DNA from: Smithella sp.
GTDB taxonomy: Bacteria; Desulfobacterota; Syntrophia; Syntrophales; Smithellaceae
Reading direction: 5' to 3'
NCBI GenBank assembly: GCA_017993615.1
Contig: JAGOMJ010000007.1
Span: 1,587 to 65,586, forward strand
Length of the DNA stretch: 64,000 nt
This document shows, one piece after another, positions 19,427 to 29,569 of this stretch (positions are counted from its first letter, which is position 1; every line of letters begins with the position of its first letter). Under the pieces are notes generated by a model that saw nothing but the letters and a program-made list of their open reading frames with translations, did not search any database and was not told the DNA's origin. A program made the position numbers and the translations under genes.

Positions 19427-21517
19427 TTAAAGAAAGAGAACGGGCTCCCTGAGGATCGTTTCTCTTGCCCTTTGCGCGCATCCGGCAATGTCGGGATATG
19501 TATCTTTAAGCGATGCGATCTGCCGCAGATTATCCGCCGTGCGCAAAACCAGCGTTGCCATATCGCCTTCAGCGATTCCGGTGGCTTTAATGACGGAATC
19601 CCAGCCATATCCCTGCGCCCAGAGATACATGGCCACGCCCGCCAGCGTGTGGAGTCTGGCGGGCGCAAATCCGGCGTTTTCCATCCGATGGATCAGAGGC
19701 CGGACGGCCAGCATGACCTTTTTAAACGCAAGAGCAAGCTTCGGCGGCAAATCTTTTACAGTCATTTTCATATCATTGTCCCGATCATAGGCTAACAACG
19801 CCACAAGAGCGGCCAGAATCTTTTCATTGTCCTGAGGAAACGCGTTTTCCCGCAGGCACTGAGCCACCAATAACGGATAATCGAGACGCAGTTTTGACGC
19901 CCAGCATCCGTCATCAGTCAACGCTCCGGATTCATCCACAAATCCTTCCTGCTTCAGAAATTTCAGGTGGCGGGAAAAATCTTTCCAGAGCGACTGGGCC
20001 GCGGAAAAGTCTGCGCTTTCATGCCGGCTGTTTTGCTGATATGCCGCGAGCGACCGCTCGAATATCTTGCGGACATCGTCCGGCGTCTGGGACAAAAGCA
20101 GATTCAGGACCATTGCGAAATCGTTTTTCAACCGGCTTAAAATATCCTCCGGTTTTTGAAACAACAAACCCCGGATGTGATTCAGGTTCATGAATTTCCC
20201 GGTAACTGTCAGCATGAAGCCGATGTTGTCCTGCCCGCGGCGTCCCGCGCGTCCGGTCATCTGGCGGAATTCTGTAGCCGTCAGCGGACTGAAATCACTG
20301 CCGTTGAACAAATCGGAGTTGAAAAGGACGATGGTTCGAGCCGGGAAATTAACGCCCGCGGCAATGGTGGATGTTGCAAAGATCACGCGCAGATGTCCTC
20401 TGTTCATCATTTCTTCCACCAGCATTTTCCACGCGGGCAGCTGTCCACCGTGATGAGACGCCAGTCCCATCGATCTTAAAACTTTCAATTGCCGGTGCCT
20501 GGCCAGCGTGGGGAAACGTCCCAGCAGTTCATCCAGTGAATATGAAAACACCGTGGCATTCTGAAGCGGCTGCAGCATTCCGCGCGCAGTGAGCGCCGCA
20601 TCGCATTCCGCGCGCGATTTCAGAAAAAATATTGCCGGCAGCAGATTGAACTTTTCCAGTACCCGGATGATGCCGATGTAATCCGGCATTTTCCCGCCGC
20701 GCAATCTTTTCTCATCGGTTCTTCTGATGAAATCGGCAACAGGCGGGGATACTTTTTTCCCTTCCAGAAAAGGATGAAGACAACCGGATGGATGCAGAAA
20801 AAGGGGATAAAGCGGCACCGGACGTTTGTCTTCCGCAACGACAGCGCAGGATTTCTTGCGAATGGATTCCAGCCAGTGTGCAATTTCTTCGCCGTTACCG
20901 ATGGTTGCTGACAAAAGCAGCAGGTGAATCCGCGCGGGAAGATAAATCATGATTTCTTCCCAGACAACGCCGCGATCGGTGTCGCCCAGGAAATGCGCCT
21001 CGTCCAGAATGACCAGATCGCAGTTCAAGTCTTTTCCCTGATGCATGGCATCGTAGAGTTGATTGCGCAGGATTTCGGTAGTGCCGACAATGATCGGCGC
21101 CTCGGTGTTTTCTTTGGTATCGCCGGTGATGATACCGACATTTTCCGTATCGAAATGCAGGCCGAATTCAATCCATTTGGAATTGGATAACGCTTTCAGA
21201 GGCGACGCGTACCAGGCACGTCCGCCTTTTTCCAGGACGGATAAAATGGCTTCCCGCGCAATCCATGTTTTTCCTGAACCCGTGGGCGCGATGACCAGAC
21301 AATCGGTTTTTTTGATTGCCTCCAAAGCTTTGACCTGAAATTCATCGGGAACAAAAGGGGCTGGATACGGCTTGCCGATCCTGGATAAAGTGCTTTTCAG
21401 CGCGGGAACGATTTCAGGCCTGTAAAAAGCAGCATGGCTGTTGCTTTTGGATTTCCTTCGGAGGTTCGCGTGCCGGTAATGAAAGGGCTTCTTTTTTCTC
21501 TCAATTTTTTTCTGCAT
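19427..21517 (-). CDS. Ski2/HelY-like DEAH-box superfamily 2 helicase
   Basis: Walker A APTGSGKT, DEAH box (LVILDEAHFLGD), SAT, and motif VI QMTGRAGRRGQD. Confidence 0.85.
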   Translation of the reverse strand: MQKKIERKKKPFHYRHANLRRKSKSNSHAAFYRPEIVPALKSTLSRIGKPYPAPFVPDEFQVKALEAIKKTDCLVIAPTGSGKTWIAREAILSVLEKGGRAWYASPLKALSNSKWIEFGLHFDTENVGIITGDTKENTEAPIIVGTTEILRNQLYDAMHQGKDLNCDLVILDEAHFLGDTDRGVVWEEIMIYLPARIHLLLLSATIGNGEEIAHWLESIRKKSCAVVAEDKRPVPLYPLFLHPSGCLHPFLEGKKVSPPVADFIRRTDEKRLRGGKMPDYIGIIRVLEKFNLLPAIFFLKSRAECDAALTARGMLQPLQNATVFSYSLDELLGRFPTLARHRQLKVLRSMGLASHHGGQLPAWKMLVEEMMNRGHLRVIFATSTIAAGVNFPARTIVLFNSDLFNGSDFSPLTATEFRQMTGRAGRRGQDNIGFMLTVTGKFMNLNHIRGLLFQKPEDILSRLKNDFAMVLNLLLSQTPDDVRKIFERSLAAYQQNSRHESADFSAAQSLWKDFSRHLKFLKQEGFVDESGALTDDGCWASKLRLDYPLLVAQCLRENAFPQDNEKILAALVALLAYDRDNDMKMTVKDLPPKLALAFKKVMLAVRPLIHRMENAGFAPARLHTLAGVAMYLWAQGYGWDSVIKATGIAEGDMATLVLRTADNLRQIASLKDTYPDIAGCAQRARETILREPVLFL

Positions 21518-21568
21518 TTCAGTTATGCTTTTGAGAAAAGAGGACTGTGCCGCACAAGGAAATATTTT

Positions 21569-22852
21569 TTACTCGATTTCTACGATTAAATACTTTTTCT
21601 TTCCTTTTCTCACGCGAATTTCTTCGGCATCGCCAAAATCGGCAAGCGTCAGTTTTTCATCAATGGATTTCACCTGACGGTCATTGATGTAAATACCGCC
21701 CTGTTCAATCAGGCGTTTCGTTTCGGAGATGGATTGCGTCAACGCAGCTTTGGCTAAGGCTCCGCATATCTGGACGCCGGATTTCAAATCCTTTCGGGGA
21801 ATCTTATAGCGGGGGATGGCCGATGTATCGCTGGCGGCTGCCGTGCGGGGAATGTTGCAGGACGGAAACATACCGGTCTCCACCGGACGGGAATGAAATG
21901 CCTCCGCGGACGCGCGCCACGCATCTTCAGCGGCTTTTGCTCCGTGCGTAACTTTTGTCGCTTCGAAAGCGAGCACCGTCTTGGCCATGTTCAGTTGAGC
22001 ATCCTTTAAATTTTTCACAGCGCTGATTTCGTCCAGCGGCAGGAACGTGAACAGTTTTAAAAATCGTTCCACATCGGCGTCGTCGCAATTGACCCAGTAC
22101 TGATAATATTCATAAGGACTGGTTAAAGCGCCGTCCAGCCAGACCGTGCCTTTTTCGGTCTTCCCCATCTTCTGCCCCAGGGACGTGGTAATGAGCGGGA
22201 ACGTCACAGCATGGGCGTCTTTGGCGGCAATCTTGCGGATCAGCTCGGTGCCGGCCAGCATATTGCCCCACTGGTCGTTGCCGCCCATCTGCAGCGCACA
22301 TCCGTAATTCTGGAACAGATGAAAGAAATCGTAAGCCTGAAGAACCATGTAATTGAATTCGATGAAGTTCAGGCCTTTTTCCATCCTGATTTTATAGCTT
22401 TCCGCCGCCAGCATCCGGTTGACGCTGAAATGGCGGCCGACATCCCTCAAAAAATCGATGTAGTTTAATTTCGTCAGCCAGTCGGCATTGTTTAAAAGAA
22501 GTGCCTTACCGTCCGAAAAGTCGAGGTATTTGGAAAGCTGTTGTTTGATGCAATTGGCGTTGTAGTCGATCTGTTCGCGGGTGAGAACCTGACGCATTTC
22601 GGTTTTGCCGCTGGGATCGCCGATCAGGCCGGTACCGCCTCCAACCAGCGCGATGGGTTTGTTGCCGCTTTGCTGCATGTGCGCCAGAGACATAATGGGC
22701 ACCAGCGACCCGATATGCAGGCTGGTCGCCGTGGGATCGAATCCGATGTAACAGGTCACCGGACCTTTCGCAAAAAGTTCTTGAATCAAGCCTTCATCGG
22801 TGATCTGCTCGACGAAACCTCTTTCTTTTAAAATATCGTAAGCATTTTTCAT
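21569..22852 (-). CDS. tyrS: tyrosine--tRNA ligase
   Basis: HIGS motif (SLHIGSLVP), KMGKT (KMSKS-type), and a C-terminal S4-like domain. Confidence 0.95.
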   Translation of the reverse strand: MKNAYDILKERGFVEQITDEGLIQELFAKGPVTCYIGFDPTATSLHIGSLVPIMSLAHMQQSGNKPIALVGGGTGLIGDPSGKTEMRQVLTREQIDYNANCIKQQLSKYLDFSDGKALLLNNADWLTKLNYIDFLRDVGRHFSVNRMLAAESYKIRMEKGLNFIEFNYMVLQAYDFFHLFQNYGCALQMGGNDQWGNMLAGTELIRKIAAKDAHAVTFPLITTSLGQKMGKTEKGTVWLDGALTSPYEYYQYWVNCDDADVERFLKLFTFLPLDEISAVKNLKDAQLNMAKTVLAFEATKVTHGAKAAEDAWRASAEAFHSRPVETGMFPSCNIPRTAAASDTSAIPRYKIPRKDLKSGVQICGALAKAALTQSISETKRLIEQGGIYINDRQVKSIDEKLTLADFGDAEEIRVRKGKKKYLIVEIE

Positions 22853-22865
22853 TGCATCCAGCCTC

Positions 22866-23660
22866 TTACGAATCCTTCAGTTTGACGCTGATTCTATCAA
22901 TGGATTTTGCCTTGCCGCTGTCAACATCAATATCCATAATGACGCCCTGCATTCTTAAATCGTCTTTTGCCAAATCGAACTTGTTCGGCATCTGGGTTAA
23001 AAATCGCTCGATAATAGCTTCTTTCCGGATACCGATGACGGAATCAAAAGGCCCCGTCATGCCCGCGTCACTGATATACGCCGTTCCGTTCGGCAAAATT
23101 TCCTCGTCAGCGGTCTGCACATGCGTATGGGTCCCCAAGACTGCGGATACCTCGCCGTCAAGATACCAGCCCAGCGCTTTTTTCTCGGAGGTTGCCTCCG
23201 CATGCATGTCTACAATAATGACTTTTGTTTTTTCTCTCAATTCCGCAACTTTGTTTTTCGCCGTGATAAAAGGACAATCGACCGCCTGCATAAAGATCCG
23301 TCCGATCAGGTTGAGGACACCCACATAGCCGCCCGTTTTCAAAGGGACAAGAACCGCTCCCGCGCCCGGCGCCGTGGCCGGATAATTGGCCGGCCGTAAA
23401 AGCCGGTCGGATTCTCCGATAAACTCCAGGACTTCTCTTTTGTTCCAGATATGATTGCCGGATGTCAGCACGTCAATGTCATCCCTGAAGAGTTCTTCCA
23501 TGATTTTCTTGGTCACCCCGAATCCGGCGGCTCCATTTTCACAATTGGCGATGACAAAGTCAATTTTTTTTCTGGCCTTCAGGTCGGGTAACAGTTCCCT
23601 GACCGCCATGCGGCCGGGGCTGCCCACAATGTCACCGATAAATAAAATTTTCATTTGCAT
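22866..23660 (-). CDS. YmdB-like metallophosphoesterase (TIGR00282 family)
   Basis: KILFIGDIVG, ANCENGAAG, GNHIW and DMHAEATSEK motifs. The position directly downstream of rny is the conserved context. Confidence 0.85.
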   Translation of the reverse strand: MQMKILFIGDIVGSPGRMAVRELLPDLKARKKIDFVIANCENGAAGFGVTKKIMEELFRDDIDVLTSGNHIWNKREVLEFIGESDRLLRPANYPATAPGAGAVLVPLKTGGYVGVLNLIGRIFMQAVDCPFITAKNKVAELREKTKVIIVDMHAEATSEKKALGWYLDGEVSAVLGTHTHVQTADEEILPNGTAYISDAGMTGPFDSVIGIRKEAIIERFLTQMPNKFDLAKDDLRMQGVIMDIDVDSGKAKSIDRISVKLKDS

Positions 23661-23684
23661 CGTTCCTTTCCCATACCGGAAAAA

Positions 23685-25253
23685 TTACTTGGCAAAATCA
23701 GAAACTCTTGTTTCCCTGATGACGGTCACCTTGATCTGGCCCGGATAAGTAAGTTCGTTTTCAATTTTCTTGACGATATCCTTACACAGCATCGTGGCAT
23801 CATTTTCGGATATTTTTTCATTTTCCACAAGAATACGGATTTCACGACCGGCCTGGATGGCAAAGCATTTATCGACACCATTGAAGGAATTGGCAATTTT
23901 TTCCAGCTCTTCCAGACGTTTGACGTATGTTTCGAGCATCTCGCGACGCGCTCCCGGTCTGGCAGCAGAAAGCGTATCCGCCGCCTGTACGAGAACGCCG
24001 AGCAGGGTATTGTTGCGTCCGTCATCATGATGCGTTGCTATCGCCTGAACAATACGCGGATTTTCACCGAAACGCTTGGCGTAATCGGCGCCGATGGCTG
24101 CATGCGTGCCTTCGACTTTATGGTCTATTGCCTTGCCGATATCGTGCAAAAGACCGGCACGCTTGGCTTCCCGGACATTCATTTTCAGTTCCGACGCCAT
24201 GATACCGGTCAAATAGGCAACATCAATAGAATGCTGCAAAACATTCTGAGAATAACTGGTACGGTACTTCAGCGATCCCAGCAGATTGATGATTTCCGGA
24301 TGGATGTCGTGCACACCGGCGTCAAAGGATGCCTTTTCACCCGTTTCCCTGACGATCTGCTCGACCTCTGTCCTGACTTTCTTGACGATATCTTCGATAC
24401 GGCCGGGATGAATCCGTCCGTCCTGAATCAGGCGCTCTAGCGAAATTCTCGCCACCTCGCGTCTGACCGGATCGAAACTCGACAAAACAACCGCTTCCGG
24501 CGTATCGTCAATGATCAAATCAATTCCCGTGGCCGCTTCAATGGCGCGGATATTGCGGCCCTCACGGCCGATGATCCGCCCTTTCATTTCTTCGCTGGGC
24601 AGACTGACCGCCGAAACTGTTTTTTCCGCCACTACATCGCCGGCATACCGCTGAATCGCATAGGAAATAATTTCCTGTGCTTTTTTGTCGGCGGTCAGCT
24701 TGGCATCGTCTTCAATCTTGCGGACAAGCGCTGCGGCATCCTGTTTGGCTTCCGCTTCCATGGATTTAATCAGCAGGTTTTTCGCTTCCTCGGGAGAGAT
24801 ACCCGCTATCTTTTCGAGTCTCTCCTGTTGTTCATGAAGCGCTGCATCCAGTTTACGACGTTTGTCTTCAAGGGATTGCTCTTTACTGCTGATTGATTTT
24901 TCCCTGGATTCAACCGACGACTCCTTTTGCGCCAGAGCATCGGTTTTCTTATCCAGATTTTCTTCCTTGGTGCGAATGCGTTTTTCACGCGCTTCGAAAT
25001 CGTTTCTTCTTTCCTTCGATTCAGCATCAAATTCGGCTTTCATCTTCAGGAGATTTTCCTTGGCCTGAAGAACCGCTTCCTTCTTGATTGTTTCAGCCTC
25101 TTTCTTGGCCTCTTCCGCCATGCGAGCCATCAAATTCTTGGATGATCTGATTTCTTTGGCCGCAATGGACTGCTTCAAAATGAAGCCGATAATGATCCCT
25201 GAAACAACCGCTACAACTAAAACCAGCACTGATAAAAAACTGGCATCAAACAT
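23685..25253 (-). CDS. rny: ribonuclease Y
   Basis: N-terminal TM helix, long coiled-coil, KH domain ([13 protein letters not shown]) and HD domain (HSIDVA...LLHDIGK). Confidence 0.95.
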   Translation of the reverse strand: MFDASFLSVLVLVVAVVSGIIIGFILKQSIAAKEIRSSKNLMARMAEEAKKEAETIKKEAVLQAKENLLKMKAEFDAESKERRNDFEAREKRIRTKEENLDKKTDALAQKESSVESREKSISSKEQSLEDKRRKLDAALHEQQERLEKIAGISPEEAKNLLIKSMEAEAKQDAAALVRKIEDDAKLTADKKAQEIISYAIQRYAGDVVAEKTVSAVSLPSEEMKGRIIGREGRNIRAIEAATGIDLIIDDTPEAVVLSSFDPVRREVARISLERLIQDGRIHPGRIEDIVKKVRTEVEQIVRETGEKASFDAGVHDIHPEIINLLGSLKYRTSYSQNVLQHSIDVAYLTGIMASELKMNVREAKRAGLLHDIGKAIDHKVEGTHAAIGADYAKRFGENPRIVQAIATHHDDGRNNTLLGVLVQAADTLSAARPGARREMLETYVKRLEELEKIANSFNGVDKCFAIQAGREIRILVENEKISENDATMLCKDIVKKIENELTYPGQIKVTVIRETRVSDFAK

Positions 25254-25454
25254 ATCATGTTACCTCCTTGGTGCCCTTCCGGAAACCTCATTCCCCGACC
25301 TGATCACAGTCAATTTCAAGAATATAAACTTCTTTTCCGGTTGAGCTATATTTAACCACGGCGCGCATCAATGGTTCAGATGCTTCACCTCGGTGTTTGG
25401 CGTTTTTATTGATTTTCTAAAGGCTGGAAAGAATTGATGTTGATGAACAGATAA

Positions 25455-25655
25455 AAAAGACCCCCGCCTATGCCGTGTTAATCACCTTTTTTGAACCTTT
25501 TAACAAGGTGGGAACCGGTATTGGTTGTTTCAGGCTTTCTGCTTCCCGACCAGCTCAGGAAAAAGCGGACATGCACACCACAATCAAGGATAAGGTCCCA
25601 AGGTCAAAATGTTGGCTCAAAAACAAATGTCAATCACGCACATCGCAGGGGCTAA
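25455..25655 (-). ncRNA. ssrS: 6S RNA
   Basis: The minus-strand transcript starts about 15 nt after the zapA stop, as in the E. coli zapA-ssrS arrangement. Its segments parallel the E. coli 6S sequence I recall: UGAGCCAACAUUUUGACC vs UGAGCCGAUAUUUCAUACC, AAAGCCUGAAAC vs GAAGCCUUAAAAC, and CACCUUGUUAAAAGGUUCAAAAAAGGU vs CACCUUGAACCAAGGGUUCAAGGGU. The 5' GCCCCUGC pairs with the 3' GGCGGGGGUC closing stem, followed by UUUUUU. Ends are approximate. Confidence 0.75.
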
Positions 25656-25667
25656 TAAAAAAAGTTT

Positions 25668-25946
25668 CTAACTTGTTTCCTCTATAAGCTGAATTAATTC
25701 TTCGGCCCTGTTTTCCAATTTGTCACAGAGCTCTTTGTTAACTTTTTTTAACTTTAAAAACTCCTCTGAAATGTTCAAAGCTGCCAGGATGGCAACGTTC
25801 AATGTCTTCAAACCGTTGCCCGAATGTAATATCTCATCCACCTTTTTATTTAAAAACTGAACAACTTCGGCCACCTGCTCATCCTCCGAATCGCTCAAAA
25901 CAGAAAGTTCCTGGCCTAATATTGTTATATTGTAACTGTTTTTCAA
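25668..25946 (-). CDS. zapA: cell division protein ZapA
   Basis: 92 aa. The N-terminal ITILGQELSVLSD...VAEVVQFLNKKVDEI and the C-terminal coiled coil are typical of ZapA. Confidence 0.8.
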   Translation of the reverse strand: MKNSYNITILGQELSVLSDSEDEQVAEVVQFLNKKVDEILHSGNGLKTLNVAILAALNISEEFLKLKKVNKELCDKLENRAEELIQLIEETS

Positions 25947-25964
25947 AACACACGCCCTGGAAGC

Positions 25965-26240
25965 TTATTTTGCTGAATTTACATCTGCAATTAAATCAAG
26001 CAGTGAATCTACCCTCGCGCGTACGCTGTTCCTTTCCTCATCCAATACCTTTATCTTTCCGTTCAACTTTTCTATTTCCGCCTCTTTATTTTTTAATGTA
26101 TCCTCCAATGTCTTAATTTGATTTTTTAAAGAAACTTTCTCTTCAACAATAGCTTTAATTTTCTCTTCGAGCTTTGAAAATTTTTCGAGTTCCACAGTAG
26201 AATTTACCTTTCCTTCATTAAATAAAGTATGATTTTCCAT
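25965..26240 (-). CDS. ZapB-like coiled-coil protein
   Basis: 91 aa, entirely heptad-like (LEEKIKAIVEEKVSLKNQIKTLEDTLKNKEAEIEKL), immediately upstream of zapA. Confidence 0.5.
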   Translation of the reverse strand: MENHTLFNEGKVNSTVELEKFSKLEEKIKAIVEEKVSLKNQIKTLEDTLKNKEAEIEKLNGKIKVLDEERNSVRARVDSLLDLIADVNSAK

Positions 26241-26295
26241 AGTTTCTTTTTCCTTATTTTATGCCAATTTATCGCATTAATGTCAAGTCCTTATT

Positions 26296-27285
26296 TTAGA
26301 TTTTTTCCGTATTCAGCAAATGAAAATAATTATTTAGTGCCTCAAAGATTTCTTGTTCGTTATTAACCTTGCCGGCCATTTCCCGGAACCGGTGTGAATT
26401 GTCCAAACCTTTGGTATACCAGAGAATATGCTTACGAAAACTTTTTCCGGCCAGTTTGACACCGAGCATCCGGGCTTCCATTTTCCAATGATTTTCAATC
26501 ATTTCCCGACGTTGATTCAGCGAGGGATGGCATTCAATTTCGCCTCCCCGCAGTGCTTGAGAAATTCCTTTGAAAATCCATGGATTGCCCAATGCAGCCC
26601 TCCCCACCATCACCGCGTCGCAGTCAGTTTCAGCAAGCATTTGGACTGCATCCTGCGGTTGACGGATGTCCCCATTACCAATGACCAGTGTTTTAACCGC
26701 TTTTTTGACTTCCGCGATGATTTTCCAATCGGCATGACCGCTGTAACCCTGGTCAGCCGTGCGGCCATGTATGGTAATTGCGTCGGCTCCCGAATCCTCC
26801 GCTATCTTTGCAATTTGCACAGCATTGATAGACGACTGATTCCATCCTGAACGAATCTTTACCGTAACCGGAATAATAACGGCTTTTTTTACCGCTTTAA
26901 TTATCCGGGCAGCAAGATCGGGATCTTTCATCAAGATAGCTCCGGCACCGGTTTTAATCACTTTTTTCACCGGACAGCCCATGTTGATATCAATTAAATC
27001 CACCCCGGTATCCGCCACGATCCTCGCTGCCCCAGCCATGACCTGTGGATCAGCGCCAAAAATTTGCGCTCCGAGCGGGCGGTCCTCCGGACAGGTTTGA
27101 AGATACTCGTACGTTTTTCTGGTGTTTCGGACAAGACCATTGGAACTGATCATCTCCGTATAGGCCAGGGAACATCCTTGAGATCGGGCGATTAAACGGA
27201 AAGGTAAATCGGAAATTCCCGCCAGAGGCGCAAGCAGAGCTCCTTTTTTTGCGACTGCTTCGATTATGTTGTTTATATTTTTCAA
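26296..27285 (-). CDS. dus: tRNA-dihydrouridine synthase
   Basis: LAPLAGISDLPFR, DINMGCP, IPVTVKIR and ITIHGRT motifs of the Dus family. Confidence 0.9.
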   Translation of the reverse strand: MKNINNIIEAVAKKGALLAPLAGISDLPFRLIARSQGCSLAYTEMISSNGLVRNTRKTYEYLQTCPEDRPLGAQIFGADPQVMAGAARIVADTGVDLIDINMGCPVKKVIKTGAGAILMKDPDLAARIIKAVKKAVIIPVTVKIRSGWNQSSINAVQIAKIAEDSGADAITIHGRTADQGYSGHADWKIIAEVKKAVKTLVIGNGDIRQPQDAVQMLAETDCDAVMVGRAALGNPWIFKGISQALRGGEIECHPSLNQRREMIENHWKMEARMLGVKLAGKSFRKHILWYTKGLDNSHRFREMAGKVNNEQEIFEALNNYFHLLNTEKI

Positions 27286-27334
27286 ACCAATAATTACCTA
27301 GCTGACTGAAAAATAAAATATCACGCACAACTAT

Positions 27335-27360
27335 GTCATGCCGTTGAAGAACGGCATCCA
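27335..27360 (+). repeat. REP-like palindromic element, copy 1
   Basis: GTCATGCCGTTGAAGAACGGCATCCA: an 8-bp perfect stem ATGCCGTT/AACGGCAT with a GAAG loop, the same architecture as copies 2-4. Confidence 0.7.
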
Positions 27361-27499
27361 AGAATAACTGGATATACCCTATAGGGGCACCATGGCCGGC
27401 CTTCGTAACCTGAAGGTCATCTGCGACCGGTATGACCGAAAAATAATTGTTTCACTTTAATGTTAATATCAGGACAGAAACAAATAAAACAGAAAATTT

Positions 27500-28261
27500 T
27501 CAGCCTTTTCGGAGATACTTTTCCGCGCGGGTGAGTTCTTCCAGCGTGTTGATTCCCATCACTTCAACGTAATCGTCAGCGATAAATGATTTTACCTTCT
27601 GGCCTTCACAAACGGCTATTTCAACAATATCGGTCAGATAATATTCCTGTTGCCGGTTGTTATTGGTCACTTTTCCCAAAGCATGAAACAAAAACTCTGT
27701 ATCCACACAATAAATGCCGGTATTGATTTCCCCGATTTTTTTCTCCTCTTCCGTGGCATCCCTATGCTCGACTATTTTCAAAACATTGCCCTTGCTGTCC
27801 TTTACGATGCGGCCATAGGCATGAGGATGCGGTGGAATGGTTGTCAACACAGAAACGACCGCTTTTTCGGCGACATGATTATCCACCAGCGATTTGATTG
27901 TCGCCGGTTTTAAAAGCGGCACATCGCCGCAAAGAATTACGGTAAAGCCTTTGTAATCAGTCAGTACATCCTTCGCCTGTAAAACGGCATGCCCCGTTCC
28001 CAACTGCGGATTCTGTTCGACAAAAATACAGCCGTTGGCGGCAAATGTTTCCCTGACTCTCTCCGCCTGATGGCCGATCACGGCTACAATCTTTTCGACG
28101 CCAACCGCTCTTGCCGCTTCGATGGAATAATAAAGCAGGGGCTTTCCGTTCAACTCATGCAGAACCTTGGCCTTATCCGATTTCATTCGGGTACCCTTCC
28201 CCGCCGCCAGTATCAACGCACAAAATTTCGTTTCGTTCACCTTATCAAACATCTCCTTCAA
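27500..28261 (-). CDS. sugar-1-phosphate nucleotidyltransferase, GlmU N-terminal-domain-like (no LbH acetyltransferase domain)
   Basis: ALILAAGKGTRMKS, LHELNGKPLL, QLGTGHAV and VILCGDVPL are GlmU-type pyrophosphorylase motifs. At 253 aa, only the nucleotidyltransferase domain is present. Confidence 0.8.
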   Translation of the reverse strand: MKEMFDKVNETKFCALILAAGKGTRMKSDKAKVLHELNGKPLLYYSIEAARAVGVEKIVAVIGHQAERVRETFAANGCIFVEQNPQLGTGHAVLQAKDVLTDYKGFTVILCGDVPLLKPATIKSLVDNHVAEKAVVSVLTTIPPHPHAYGRIVKDSKGNVLKIVEHRDATEEEKKIGEINTGIYCVDTEFLFHALGKVTNNNRQQEYYLTDIVEIAVCEGQKVKSFIADDYVEVMGINTLEELTRAEKYLRKG

Positions 28262-28298
28262 TCGTCATACCAACGAAGGTCGGTATCCTGTATTTTAA
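28177..28298 (+). repeat. direct repeat A flanking the AbiE module (5' end plus upstream region of the nucleotidyltransferase gene plus REP copy 2)
   Basis: Aligns with 29600..29718. The 34-nt core 28188-28221 differs at one position from 29616-29649, and the flanks are alignable with indels. Confidence 0.8.
28264..28288 (+). repeat. REP-like palindromic element, copy 2
   Basis: GTCATACCAACGAAGGTCGGTATCC: stem ATACCxAC/GTCGGTAT with one mismatch. Confidence 0.7.
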
Positions 28299-28301
28299 AT
28301 T

Positions 28302-28964
28302 CTACCTGAGTTTATCCCTCAGGTTCGCCTCCAGAATGCGGAATCCGTTTTCCACATAATACTTTCGTTCCGAGACATCAAGCAACGAACCTAGCTTTAC
28401 TGAAAAATCCTTTTTGCCCAATTTCCCCAGTTTCGTAAGCATTTGGGTGATAACCTCATGATCGGCATTCAAAACAATCCCGCGTTTTACTAGAAATTCT
28501 ATATCATATGCGTCGCGTATTTCCCGGCGGTCAAGAAAGGCTTCGATTTTTGAAGTCATCATATCTTTTAGCGCCACGGTTTTCAACATCACCTGAACCG
28601 GCGCGTGCGGACTGTAGGCGATGCTCGTTTCTGTCTTGACGTTCTTTACCGTTTTCCGTATCTCAATTTTCAGCGACCGTGGAAACTGCGGCGATTTCAA
28701 TTCGAACAGAATTGTAAAATGCTTATTGGCGGAATCGGCTATTTTGTAAAACTGGCCCAGATATTTTTCCATCCGGCTATAGTATTTTGCCCAATCCATC
28801 TCCCTAACTACCCAGAAATCCAGATCAACTGAATAACGATTCAGTCCATGACACAAGCGCAACATGGTGCCGCCGCCGAAAATCAAGTTGGCCAGAAACC
28901 GCCCGCTTTGAAGTCTGTTTAAAACTTCCAGCTCAAATTGTTCATGTTGAATCAAATCCAGCAT
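28302..28964 (-). CDS. abiEii: AbiEii/AbiGii-family nucleotidyltransferase toxin (type IV TA)
   Basis: FGGGTMLRLCHGLNRYSVDLDFW is the DUF1814 nucleotidyltransferase signature. Overlaps the upstream antitoxin gene by 13 nt. Confidence 0.85.
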   Translation of the reverse strand: MLDLIQHEQFELEVLNRLQSGRFLANLIFGGGTMLRLCHGLNRYSVDLDFWVVREMDWAKYYSRMEKYLGQFYKIADSANKHFTILFELKSPQFPRSLKIEIRKTVKNVKTETSIAYSPHAPVQVMLKTVALKDMMTSKIEAFLDRREIRDAYDIEFLVKRGIVLNADHEVITQMLTKLGKLGKKDFSVKLGSLLDVSERKYYVENGFRILEANLRDKLR

Positions 28965-29548
28965 AATCTTTTAACCGTCTCTTTTGTTTTTTGCGGATAG
29001 ATTTTGATGATGCTCCTGAGCTTCTTGATATCCAGCTTCTTCATATCCAGAGAATCAACATCGAACTTATATTTGCCGAACGAATAAAGATAGGCAGCGT
29101 CCACAAACGCTTTCTCTTTAGTGGCGATGAAGATGCCATCCGTTTTAACAAAATCACCATAGTATCGGGCCTGAACTTTGACATAATTGAAGACCGCTTC
29201 CCTTACATTGTAAACAATCGAACGTTTCAGGCAAATATTTTCCTGATAGTTGTTCTGCGCCTGCGTCGTTACTTCATAATAAGCCAGAGCCGACATCAGG
29301 GAAATATAGGAAGGAACCTGCAGGATATTGGCGATTTTGAAAAAATCCTGACGATTAAGATTTTCCCACTTCCAGGCGGTGGTATAAAAACCTTTTTTCA
29401 ATCTTATCAGCACCCCCTGCCGGACATAGCGGCTGCACAATACGCGGGCGGATGCCGTTTGCATTCCCAAACTCTGCGCCACATCTTCGAGGGTAAAGCA
29501 GGTTTTCCTGCTCAATTCCTGCAATTCTGCCATATTTTTACTAAGCAT
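28952..29548 (-). CDS. abiEi: AbiEi-family antitoxin/transcriptional regulator
   Basis: N-terminal winged-helix-like region (FTLEDVAQSLGMQTASARVLCSRYVRQGVLIRLKKGFY) and a C-terminal domain (YISLMSALAYYEVT). Gene order and overlap with abiEii are canonical. Confidence 0.8.
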   Translation of the reverse strand: MLSKNMAELQELSRKTCFTLEDVAQSLGMQTASARVLCSRYVRQGVLIRLKKGFYTTAWKWENLNRQDFFKIANILQVPSYISLMSALAYYEVTTQAQNNYQENICLKRSIVYNVREAVFNYVKVQARYYGDFVKTDGIFIATKEKAFVDAAYLYSFGKYKFDVDSLDMKKLDIKKLRSIIKIYPQKTKETVKRLCWI

Positions 29549-29569
29549 ATATAGTTATCACTTTTGTTA

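Noticed and set aside
25520-25575. GGUCGGGAAGCAG segment reminiscent of the SRP (4.5S) RNA domain IV motif
   Set aside because: It lacks the GGAA tetraloop and the symmetric-loop context of SRP RNA. The whole 195-nt region is better explained as 6S RNA, where a similar segment occurs.
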